From Escherichia phage vB_EcoS-EE09, in the sequence record OR756193.1: a stretch of 44,198 nt of DNA. The stretch is one strand, 5' to 3'. Under the pieces are notes generated by a model. It saw only the letters and a program-made list of their open reading frames with translations. It had not been told where the DNA came from and searched no databases. Shown here piece after piece: positions 26,763-34,753 of this stretch; position 1 is the first letter of the stretch; the number at the start of each line of letters is the position of its first letter. The translations under genes were made by a program, and so were the position numbers.

Positions 26763-27905
26763 TTACTTCAACATTTCCGGGCTAATGGTTAAGCGTGCAA
26801 CTTCGCCGTAGTTGGCGCTGTAGGTAATGACGTTGGCACTACGACCTGACATCCATCCGCCACGGCTGGCGTAGGCGTCTTTCGCTGCGAGCGTCCGGTG
26901 CTGTTCAACAATCATGTTGCGGGATTCTACAATCTTCTGGTGGTGCAAGTGGCCTACGTGCGCGTAGCTGTACTCACTGGATCCGAAAGCCTGTCTGAAT
27001 TTAGAAATCATAACCTGCTCGATAGCATCGAATCGCGCTTTGTGCCCGTGGTGGAAGAATAGCGTGGTCTTGCCGTGCTGCACCATTTTGTAGACGTCCG
27101 GGGACGTATCCACATCGACGCGCGGCTCGTTCTCGTACAGAGTATTGAACATCTCAGCCAGCCAAATCATACCCGACTCGTCATGATTTCCCTGGACGAT
27201 TAGCAGTTTTACTTTGTGGTGTTTTTGCAGCGCCAGTTCGACGACGTTGCGCACCATGCGAATCATGTATCGGACCAGTTTCTGGTAGCGGGTGTCGGCG
27301 TCCAGTACGTGACCACTTGCCGGAGTGACAGCGTCGAGGCTATCAAAGTGCGCCATATCACCGAGAATATTAATTACGGCAGTGCCCGCGTCCGGTGCGC
27401 GTGCGAAGGCTTCGACAAACCAGCGGTAAAACAGATCTTCGGCGATTGCCATATCCCAGTCCTCGCCAGTCTCCTCACCCCAGGCCAACATGCCCAGGTG
27501 GAAGTCTGACACGGTGTACAGGTTAAGCAAGTCGAGCGCCTGGATCGGGACTGGCGGGGCTTTCACTGGCGCTGCCGGTGTGATTTCGCTGTTCATACCC
27601 TCGACAACAGCGCGCATGGCTTCAAGCTGGCGCTCCTTGTCCTGCTCAGTGATAACCCACGACATGACCTCTTCGCCATTGCCGCGCACCAGGGCGGATA
27701 CGCGCTTAACGCCAAAGCCATCGGCAACGCGCTTACGGATTACGGCATCGTTACCGTGACCAATCCCTTTCTTCGACAGGCGGGCTTTTCGCATGTAGAC
27801 ATTTCGGAGGGAAAGACCGTATTTCTTCGCAATCTCTTTCGCGGTAGTGCCGGATTGTAATTCAGCAATCAATTGCTCGTCGGTGATTTTAGTTTGCGGG
27901 TGCAT
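26763..27905 (-). CDS. HTH domain fused to a calcineurin-like metallophosphoesterase (380 aa)
   Basis: ORF track trimmed to the ATG with RBS AGGAAGTGG; N-terminal helix-turn-helix-like TAKEIAKKYGLSLRNVYMRKARL; phosphoesterase motifs ILGDMAHF, VQGNHDE, GHLHH. Confidence 0.7.
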   Translation of the reverse strand: MHPQTKITDEQLIAELQSGTTAKEIAKKYGLSLRNVYMRKARLSKKGIGHGNDAVIRKRVADGFGVKRVSALVRGNGEEVMSWVITEQDKERQLEAMRAVVEGMNSEITPAAPVKAPPVPIQALDLLNLYTVSDFHLGMLAWGEETGEDWDMAIAEDLFYRWFVEAFARAPDAGTAVINILGDMAHFDSLDAVTPASGHVLDADTRYQKLVRYMIRMVRNVVELALQKHHKVKLLIVQGNHDESGMIWLAEMFNTLYENEPRVDVDTSPDVYKMVQHGKTTLFFHHGHKARFDAIEQVMISKFRQAFGSSEYSYAHVGHLHHQKIVESRNMIVEQHRTLAAKDAYASRGGWMSGRSANVITYSANYGEVARLTISPEMLK

Positions 27906-27967
27906 ATTAATCCACTTCCTGATTATGGGTCCGAGGACAATATACCACGGTCCCGAGTCAAGCAATA

Positions 27968-27992
27968 AAAAGCCCGGAATTAACCGGGCTTG
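27968..27992 (-). terminator. rho-independent terminator after the Ig-like protein gene
   Basis: AGCCCGG-ttaatt-CCGGGCT hairpin followed by TTTTTATT on the minus strand. Confidence 0.7.
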
Positions 27993-27997
27993 TGGTT

Positions 27998-28411
27998 TTA
28001 TTCTCCTGCTTCCGTTACGGTGAAGATGGCGGACGCCATTGCCCCGCTACCATCGGAGGCCACCCAAAAGATGTGGGCGCTACCTGCCGTTTGGGCTGTG
28101 ATTTCTCCGGTAGTCTGATCGATCGCCGCGCAGGCAGGATTAGACGACACCCACTTCCCTGCCTTGTTAGTCGCGTCTGGTGGCTGGACCGCAACCGAAG
28201 CGGTGGCATTCGCACCAACTGCGGCGGATTCCGGTGTGACAGTTACGGTTGCACTAGTCACCAGCTTACTTTCCGGCGGGCTGGGCAACTTCGCATCGAA
28301 GACCCCCGCATGGCTGATAGTGTCCGCGATGATAGCGCGTGCGCCAGGGTCTTCGGTTTTAGCCAGCGCGGCGAGCGCGTCGGCGTTATGATCAAGAATA
28401 CTTTTTAACAT
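27998..28411 (-). CDS. bacterial Ig-like (Big_2-type) domain protein (137 aa)
   Basis: Beta-rich, Thr/Ala/Val-rich sequence with a W-V-S-S-N-P...A-x-I-D pattern typical of Big_2 folds. Confidence 0.5.
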   Translation of the reverse strand: MLKSILDHNADALAALAKTEDPGARAIIADTISHAGVFDAKLPSPPESKLVTSATVTVTPESAAVGANATASVAVQPPDATNKAGKWVSSNPACAAIDQTTGEITAQTAGSAHIFWVASDGSGAMASAIFTVTEAGE

Positions 28412-28427
28412 ACTGTGTTACCCCGTA

Positions 28428-28919
28428 TTATGCTGCGTTACGTCCGATCTTCTCGGCAACGTCCCACTGCTTACCATCGAATAGCGCCTGCCTGCCGATT
28501 GCTCGACGGACCAGACCCTTAAGCACTTCCCCGCCTTGCTTGCGGAACTGCGGCAGAATAGCACGGACCTTCGCCCAGTCGCCCAGTCGCACCGCATCAT
28601 CGAAATCATTCGCTACGTCATCCGGTACGATCGGACCCGGACCGGCATTGATTACCAGGTCAACCAGCGCGTCGAATTGCGCTTGATTAATGCTCGGATG
28701 TGCGTATTTGTTCACCCAGTCCTCGGCATACGCCACATCGCGCTTGAGTAGCTCCAGCGCTTCCGCACGGGTAATGCTTCGAGGCGGGTTAGTGCCGGTA
28801 TGACCATAACCCCAGGTGTACAGGCCGCGGGCCTGCTCTTTCTTAGTCGCGAAATACGGCACTGGGCTGAAAGTCTCCCATGCTGCCGTAAATCGTAGAC
28901 CGTTGTCACTGAATCGCAT
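28428..28919 (-). CDS. endolysin, phage lysozyme (GH24, P22 gp19-like)
   Basis: Catalytic-region pattern E...Y...T-W-G-Y-G-H-T-G ... N-Q-A-Q-F-D-A-L-V-D-L-V-I-N-A-G; adjacent to holin genes. Confidence 0.8.
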   Translation of the reverse strand: MRFSDNGLRFTAAWETFSPVPYFATKKEQARGLYTWGYGHTGTNPPRSITRAEALELLKRDVAYAEDWVNKYAHPSINQAQFDALVDLVINAGPGPIVPDDVANDFDDAVRLGDWAKVRAILPQFRKQGGEVLKGLVRRAIGRQALFDGKQWDVAEKIGRNAA

Positions 28920-29151
28920 GTTTTACCCCATTCAAAACAGCATTACGCAGCGTGCGCAATGCAAACAGCCAGATTAACGCGGTCCAGGTGGTGTCAGATA
29001 CGTCTCCTGTCTGCAACAATCCGATAACGCAGATCATCGCCGTTAGCAGATATAACACCCGGCCTAAAATGCCATCCTGGACGGACGGCGCATACACGTT
29101 AAACAGGGACGAAGCCCCTATGATAACAAACAACAGGACGGAGATAATCAT
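28906..29151 (-). CDS. holin/antiholin-like small membrane protein (81 aa)
   Basis: Two to three predicted transmembrane segments; start overlaps the upstream stop; directly upstream of the endolysin. Confidence 0.6.
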   Translation of the reverse strand: MIISVLLFVIIGASSLFNVYAPSVQDGILGRVLYLLTAMICVIGLLQTGDVSDTTWTALIWLFALRTLRNAVLNGVKHAIQ

Positions 29152-29438
29152 TTTGCGCCCCCCGGAAGTCGGAACGACTCAATAGTCTCCCTGATCCGGG
29201 CGGCTATTGGCATCCAGAAGATTGCGGTTACGAAGCCCAAACCGGCGACAGTGCGCTCGCCAGATAATCCCGCCCACTCGGCGATAGCTGGCGCACCAAA
29301 TATGGCACACAGGAAGCCAACTACGACATATAAAACGAAGTTCAACGGCCCTTTCGTTGCCTCGCCATGAATGCGTGCGCCTACGAAGCCACCAGCAAGA
29401 CACGCAAGGGCGAATAACCACTCGTTTAGCTTATCCAT
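29148..29438 (-). CDS. holin-like membrane protein (96 aa)
   Basis: Three hydrophobic segments with a charged C-terminus. Confidence 0.6.
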   Translation of the reverse strand: MDKLNEWLFALACLAGGFVGARIHGEATKGPLNFVLYVVVGFLCAIFGAPAIAEWAGLSGERTVAGLGFVTAIFWMPIAARIRETIESFRLPGGAK

Positions 29439-29444
29439 AAAAAA

Positions 29445-29472
29445 GTCCCAGTAAGTTTTAGCTCACTGGGAC
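29445..29472 (-). promoter_or_regulatory. intercistronic stem-loop with T-run abutting the holin-like start codon
   Basis: Perfect 8-bp stem GTCCCAGT/ACTGGGAC with a 12-nt loop; on the minus strand it is followed by T6 and then ATG, with no Shine-Dalgarno sequence. Confidence 0.55.
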
Positions 29473-29476
29473 TATA

Positions 29477-29776
29477 TCACGCTTGCATAATTAATCGAAA
29501 ATGGACCACTTGCCGACGCCTTTCCACTCCCACCCTTCCGATCGGACGGCCTCGAACATCCGGCCCCCAATCATATCCCGATACCACAGACCGGGTCGGG
29601 TGCTCCGTGATTCCACGGCGCTTGTATACCTCGAACGTCATGCGGGTAATACTGGCGGCTTCCACGGCAGGCCATACCAGGAATACCCATATTGCTCCCA
29701 GCACTCCCGTAACCAGGCATAACATGCTGGCCATACCAAACCAATAAATCACATCATGAATCATAATCTGCTCCAT
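29477..29776 (-). CDS. small membrane protein (95-99 aa; alternative start at 29764)
   Basis: ORF track; long hydrophobic segment (YWFGMASMLCLVTGVLGAIWVFLVWPAV). Confidence 0.45.
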   Translation of the reverse strand: MEQIMIHDVIYWFGMASMLCLVTGVLGAIWVFLVWPAVEAASITRMTFEVYKRRGITEHPTRSVVSGYDWGPDVRGRPIGRVGVERRRQVVHFRLIMQA

Positions 29777-29874
29777 AGGTATTTAACCAGACTAATAACC
29801 GACGCCAACAGCACCAGGGCCGCCAGACTACCGCCACATACTACCGCGAAGACGTATAGCATCGAATTGCCCAT
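29761..29874 (-). CDS. possible 37-aa single-pass membrane peptide
   Basis: ATG...TGA ORF MGNSMLYVFAVVCGGSLAALVLLASVISLVKYLWSRL whose stop overlaps a downstream ATG (ATGA); weak RBS; too short for the ORF track. Confidence 0.3.
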   Translation of the reverse strand: MGNSMLYVFAVVCGGSLAALVLLASVISLVKYLWSRL

Positions 29875-29983
29875 TCCGGTTTGCCAATATGGCGCGCCCA
29901 TGCACGCGCCACGAAGTAATTGCGAAATACCCTACCGCCTATCTCGAAGCGGTTATGCTGAAGCATATCACGGATCGTCGCAC

Positions 29984-30556
29984 TCATTTCAGAATCACCG
30001 AGCGCGGGTCAATGGCTTTCATGCTGCCGTCTTGTTCCACCCGGATGAATCCAACGCCATATTCCTGCGCATGGCGCTGTGCATTCGTGACGGCATCAAA
30101 GCGATTGACGATTTCGTGTACGGCACGGCCCATCTTCGCTTGCACCTGGTGGGCGTCGTAGGTTGCGTAGGCGGGCTGCGACTTGCGGAACTCAACGCGC
30201 TCATGCGGCTGGCGGTTGCGCAGGCAGTATTTGCGCCCCACTCGTTCAAAGTGGATTAGCCCAAAGTACGTCATCCCCCTAATCATGTTGCCCGATACGC
30301 CATCCTTGCGGGATTGCATACGCAGGCCATGACGACCGACATACTCGACGACCCACAATTGCCCGTCGCGAATATCACGCAACACATCGCCGCGCTCAAT
30401 ATCGTGTGTGAGGACTTCGAAGAACTGCGGCAATGTGCCCTTCGATGCGCGGAATACCCGATCGCTTGCCGCGTGGTGCAAGCGGACGTAGGAATCCAGG
30501 GTCTGGATCGGCTTCAGTATGCGACCGTCTGATTTGCGGCGGAATAGTAATCTCAT
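29984..30556 (-). CDS. hypothetical protein (190 aa)
   Basis: ORF track; start overlaps the stop of a 50-aa upstream ORF (ATGA); no motif recognised. Confidence 0.55.
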   Translation of the reverse strand: MRLLFRRKSDGRILKPIQTLDSYVRLHHAASDRVFRASKGTLPQFFEVLTHDIERGDVLRDIRDGQLWVVEYVGRHGLRMQSRKDGVSGNMIRGMTYFGLIHFERVGRKYCLRNRQPHERVEFRKSQPAYATYDAHQVQAKMGRAVHEIVNRFDAVTNAQRHAQEYGVGFIRVEQDGSMKAIDPRSVILK

Positions 30557-30705
30557 TGCTCAGTCTCCTCAATCTCGTCAACAGTCTTATAGTCGCCATC
30601 GCATACCGTAGCGATGCCGTCCATCTCATAATCAGCTATGCAGGCGTCTACTGAAATAAACTTCTGCGAGAATCCCGTCATTAGTGCTCTTTGCATTGGT
30701 GTCAT
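30553..30705 (-). CDS. possible small acidic protein (50 aa)
   Basis: ORF MTPMQRALMTGFSQKFISVDACIADYEMDGIATVCDGDYKTVDEIEETEQ bridging two overlapping-stop/start junctions; too short for the ORF track. Confidence 0.35.
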   Translation of the reverse strand: MTPMQRALMTGFSQKFISVDACIADYEMDGIATVCDGDYKTVDEIEETEQ

Positions 30706-30971
30706 TTGCTCAGTCTCCAGTGTTTTCCTACCCGCTCAACGGCGGGCTTCCGGCGTAATGTAATACGAATCCCCATTGGTTGCAAGGAAGTCCGCACCCT
30801 GAAATCGTGTTGTGCTGCGAACTGGTGTAAGTAGCGAGTCTGCGTCAACGGCTTTACGTCGTCGCGATAGCACCAGAATACCGATTCGCCCTCAACTGCA
30901 TTCTCAGCCCATATTCGTATGCAATGCAGGGGAATATGCCACGAAAGCTGTTTTGCTCGTCTACGTCCCAT
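30702..30971 (-). CDS. hypothetical protein (89 aa)
   Basis: ORF track; RBS AAGGGG upstream of ATG. Confidence 0.5.
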   Translation of the reverse strand: MGRRRAKQLSWHIPLHCIRIWAENAVEGESVFWCYRDDVKPLTQTRYLHQFAAQHDFRVRTSLQPMGIRITLRRKPAVERVGKHWRLSK

Positions 30972-30980
30972 TTTGGCCCC

Positions 30981-31460
30981 TTATTTCGCAAGCTGGGCGA
31001 ATAACTCACGCTGGGCTTTAATCCTGGCGACGTTTGTCACTGCCTTCTCGCCAATACCGAAGCGATAAGCCAGGCGCTCACGGGAGAATGCCAGCGCGTA
31101 TTCATGGATTGCCTTACGCAGCGGACCCAGGTCATCCATGCTGGCGTCCATATCGTCTAGCGCACACATGATTGACTGGTGTGCCAGTGTCGCAAACTGG
31201 CGCGCACGGTCTACGTTGCCGTTCAGCGCCTTCGCTTCGTTCAGCTTTGCCAGGGCCAGTGAGTAATTCCAGATTAGTGCTCTCATTGTTCGGTCCTTCT
31301 TAGTGTTGTCGTCAACAATCGAGGCTTTTCCGGAATTAACACGAATCATCACATCGTCCAGGGTAGACATGCAAGTCGCCCCGCTTTCATAGGTGCCCTG
31401 GTCGTTGCTGGTGAAGGTGATAGTTGATTTACCGTCTTTGATGGTTACTGGAAATTTCAT
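30981..31460 (-). CDS. hypothetical protein (159 aa)
   Basis: ORF track; RBS GAGAGGA upstream of ATG; preceded on its strand by two ATTGGTTGCA motifs. Confidence 0.55.
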   Translation of the reverse strand: MKFPVTIKDGKSTITFTSNDQGTYESGATCMSTLDDVMIRVNSGKASIVDDNTKKDRTMRALIWNYSLALAKLNEAKALNGNVDRARQFATLAHQSIMCALDDMDASMDDLGPLRKAIHEYALAFSRERLAYRFGIGEKAVTNVARIKAQRELFAQLAK

Positions 31461-31479
31461 TTTGTTTGGTCCTCTCGTT

Positions 31480-31530
31480 GGTGTGCAACCAATCTAGCAG
31501 GGTGCCAGGCTGAATGCAACCAATATTAAT
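31480..31530 (-). promoter_or_regulatory. promoter-like region with two ATTGGTTGCA motifs (reverse strand)
   Basis: Two exact copies about 31 bp apart, 25-55 bp upstream of the start at 31460; the proximal copy extends to ATTGGTTGCACACCAAC, identical to the motif at 20832. Confidence 0.45.
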
Positions 31531-31669
31531 CATGCGTATGAAAAAGTTGATCGCTATCTGCTGTGGCTGCAAACTGCATTTTTCACTCAGCATAATACAA
31601 CCCGCATTGGTTGCCTAGTTCATCCGCGACCGCACTTCGCATCATGCTGCCGTGTATTTTGCAATCCCC

Positions 31670-31800
31670 GGATTTTATTCAGTCTCAGACGAGGGGGGCC
31701 GTTGACCCCCGTCTAGTCTGAAAGACTGGGGTGCTGTCCCGCTTTGTCCCGCCTAGTGTTTGTCCCGCTTTTTGTCCCGTTTGGTTTATGCAATAAAACT
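31670..31800. repeat. second copy of the hairpin plus GTCCCGC-array element
   Basis: TTATTCAGTCTCAGACGAGGGGGGCCGTTGACCCCCGTCTAGTCTGAAAGACTGG...GTCCCGCTTTGTCCCGCC...GTTTGGTTTATGCA matches the copy at about 15095-15285 apart from a roughly 50-bp internal deletion and a few substitutions. Confidence 0.7.
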
Positions 31801-31829
31801 GCATAACTATTCATCTCATCTACACTACA

Positions 31830-31930
31830 CGGCAACCAATACGACCAGATAAAAACACGCAAAATGGCAACCAATACGCGCACAAATTAATCGTCTAGCG
31901 ATATGGGAATTCCCATATCGGCAACCAATG
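31830..31930. repeat. three iteron-like GGCAACCAAT(A/G)CG repeats plus a 22-bp perfect palindrome
   Basis: Direct repeats cGGCAACCAATACGa, tGGCAACCAATACGc, cGGCAACCAATGCGc; palindrome CGATATGGGAATTCCCATATCG at about 31899-31920; AT-rich flank; directly 3' of the primase-helicase gene. Confidence 0.6.
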
Positions 31931-31940
31931 CGCGCAAAAT

Positions 31941-34282
31941 TTAATCTTTCAGGTCATCATCGGTCGCCGAAAGCGTGATGGGTATATTTGTTTTGATGAC
32001 GATATTCGACGACCCATAGATGGCCCCGGTGTGCGGATCTGTATAAAAACCTAGCACGCCGCGATCCACCATATCGTCTATTGCCTTCGTCGATGTGCCA
32101 CCTTTTGCCAATCCCGCCTGGCGGACGATTGCCGATTTACTGAATCCGGTATGGTCCGGGTTATCTTCCATCAGTTTTTCCAGTGCCGCATAAAGCACTT
32201 TCTCTTTTTCGTTGCGCGGCCCCGCGGCATTTTCTTCCTTAACTGCGGCTTTGCCAGCGGCCTTTGCCTGCTCAATAGCGAACGGTGCCAGGGCGACCGG
32301 TACGAGATACAGAGTCTCGTCGCGTGGCGTGGACGCGATCGGCTTGACGTCCCAACCGGCAACCACATCGCCGAAGTCAGGCCCGGTGCTGGTGGACTGG
32401 TGCGATTCGAACGCCTCGGACTTGCGGAGATCCACCTTAACCTTGCACTTGAGCAGGACGAATCCGCGCGGCGCTTGCTTGATGCCGTTACGTGCCTTTT
32501 CGTGATACAGGTTCAATTGGCCTGGTTGATTGTCGTCCGGTTGCTCCAGGAAGAACGCAGAATCAACAGCACCATGCAGCGCGCCGGACCCGCGTGGGGA
32601 TCTGCTGCCGTTTGCACCCTTCGCCGGGTGGTGGATGACGCCCGCACTGCCGCCTGTATTTTCCGCGATGGCCTTCAGCGCCTTGACCACTTCGCCCATA
32701 TCGCTGGCGTTGTTCTCGTCGAACGGTTTAGCATCGGCGGACCGCAGCGCAACAGTCTGGTTGAGTGAGTCGAACGCCACCAGGCCAACCGGTTCGCCGT
32801 TAGCGGTGCGGTTGATAAAGCTGATAACTTCACGCAAGCCGGATTTGCTGGTGATATCCCAGCCGCGAGATTGCAGGTCGATAATGTGCAGCTTGTCCAG
32901 GTCGTGCTCATATTTGATCTGCAATGCTTCCTTACGCTGGTTGGAGGCTTCGCCACCTTCCGCGTCGAAATAGAAGCAATGAGACTGGACGACCTTCGCA
33001 CCACCGAACGGGATCCCCGCGGCAACCGCACCCATTTGGCCCAGCACGTAGAACGATTTACCGATGTTCGATTCGCCAGCCATATACCAGGTCGATTTGA
33101 AGTTGACCAGGCCTTCTATGATCGGGTCGTGCTTACTGAACAGTGCGACCGGTTCGTTATCCAGGTCAGCGTCGGTACATACGCCGTACTCGTCGCCGTC
33201 TCCGACCGCATCAACGATATGCGCATAGCACGATTCCACTTCCTCGTCGTCCAGTCCTGGGAGGATGGCGGCGATTTGCTTACGTGACATGTTGTGCGGT
33301 TCGACGTTCAGGTGGTCCGGGATCCCGATAAGACGTAGCGCCAGGTGCTGGTGTCTGTTCAGTTCCGAGCAACACTCGTTGCCGGTGTGCATACACTTGA
33401 AACGGATCTCGCCATCCTTAACCATGATAGCGGTGGACCCTTCGCCGCTGTGCAGGTGTTCGTTCGGGCATGGCACTTCATAACCACGACCGGACGACAG
33501 CGGTTCGAATCCTGCCTGGAAGCACCAGTCCAGAATTCCGTCCGTTACGCCAGCGTCGCCCTGGGTCAGTTCGCGGCGCACTTCCTCTTTTTCCACTCCC
33601 CGCTTATCAGCCAGGCGGAGCAGACGACGGACGCGGGCGCGCTTGCCATAGTGGCACTTAATAACAGACTGCTGGTGTGGCAGGTACATCAGGCGGTTTG
33701 TGTCTTTCGTGCAGTCGTCGAAGTCCACATCGGACAAACCAAGTTGGTGTAATAGCGCATACTGGACGCGGCCCAGGTCTTCCGCCGGTACAGGCTTGTC
33801 GGTCAACACCAGGAAACGGGCGCAACGCGTGGCGCATACTGGACGCGGCCCAGGTCTTCCGCCGGTACAGGCTTGTCGGTCAACACCAGGAAACGGGCGC
33901 AACGCGTGCCGCCTTTCAGCGGGTGGCGGTCGCCGGTTGTGGTGTGAAATACGTGTTCCAGCCCCGCGTCAATGAACGCCTTACGGCAGCGGCGTAGGGT
34001 GCGGGTGTCGGTACGGTCGATATCAAAGAACAGGATCGAGCGGTCCACCGCACTGGTCTTACGACGCAATCCGTCACTGGTATACGCCACGATGCCATCG
34101 GCCTTACGCTTGCGGCGCGCATACTCGGCTTTATCTTCCGTCTTATTGATATGCACCGAGGAGATTTCTTTCGCATCATTGATAAATTCGAAAAATTCAT
34201 CGGTGGTCATCTGGAAGTTTTCCGCCCTGGCTTTTTCGCCTTTTTTAGCGGGTCTTGTTACAGCGAATTTAATTAAGCTCAT
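31941..34282 (-). pseudogene. DNA primase-helicase (AEP/PrimPol-like N-domain plus P-loop NTPase), frame broken by a 77-bp tandem duplication
   Basis: N-terminal ORF (33803-34282) has the AEP motif LFFDIDR and a conserved His; the C-terminal ORF (31941-33902) has a Cys/His cluster and Walker A GESNIGKS; both contain TRCARFLVLTDKPVPAEDLGRVQYA; removing one 77-bp copy gives a single 2265-nt (754-codon) frame. Confidence 0.7.
33755..33908. repeat. perfect 77-bp tandem direct duplication (two copies)
   Basis: 33755-33831 is identical to 33832-33908 (GCGCATACTGGACGCGGCCCAGGTCTTCCGCCGGTACAGGCTTGTCGGTCAACACCAGGAAACGGGCGCAACGCGTG). Confidence 0.9.
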
Positions 34283-34292
34283 TGCCGTGGCC

Positions 34293-34622
34293 TTACTTAG
34301 AAGTTTTATTATTGCGTACCCAGGAGCGCACTGTGCTCTGATTAATTCCGGTCAACTCGGCAATCATCGCCCAGGATTTGCCCTCGGCGCGCAAACGGAT
34401 AACCTGTTTTTTGTATTCTTCCATTTCTTCATTGTGCTTTTGCAGCTTGCTTGCTGCAGTACCGTTGAGTAATTCCAGCTTCGCGCGCAATTCTTTTTCG
34501 GTAAGTCGCAGACGTTCGATTTCAAATAGCACCGCACCCACGGCATCGGTATACGCCCATGACCGGCTTGTTTCACTGCTAACAGTCTTCGTTAACATTT
34601 CGATTGCGTCGTTTACATTCAT
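34293..34622 (-). CDS. small HTH DNA-binding protein (109 aa), putative regulator
   Basis: Coiled-coil-like N-terminus and C-terminal helix-turn-helix-like KSWAMIAELTGINQSTVRSWV; first gene of the leftward unit. Confidence 0.55.
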   Translation of the reverse strand: MNVNDAIEMLTKTVSSETSRSWAYTDAVGAVLFEIERLRLTEKELRAKLELLNGTAASKLQKHNEEMEEYKKQVIRLRAEGKSWAMIAELTGINQSTVRSWVRNNKTSK

Positions 34623-34653
34623 TGTTCTGTCCCCAGTTGGTTAATGACCAATG

Positions 34654-34682
34654 AAACTACACCTAAAACCGCAAGGTGTCAA
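34654..34682 (-). promoter_or_regulatory. candidate leftward sigma70 promoter with overlapping palindromic operator
   Basis: On the minus strand: TTGACA, 17-nt spacer, TAGTTT; near-palindrome TTGGTTAATGACCAA (about 34637-34651) lies between the predicted start site and the RBS of the HTH gene. Confidence 0.4.
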
Positions 34683-34753
34683 ATCCTTTGGATATTGAAA
34701 CGGGCGCGCACGCGTGTAATAATAATTCCCGTCTCATTGTCTCTTATTGGTTA

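Noticed and set aside
29881-29983. Variant motif ATTGGCAA and a GGCGCG...CGCGCC hairpin upstream of the 37-aa peptide ORF
   Set aside because: Only a partial match to the recurrent 10-mer and no T-run after the hairpin; insufficient to call a promoter or terminator.
31532-31618. 28-codon plus-strand ORF (MRMKKLIAICCGC...) resembling a lipoprotein signal peptide, in the region downstream of the primase gene
   Set aside because: No RBS, too short for a signal peptide plus mature domain, and it overlaps motif-rich regulatory DNA.
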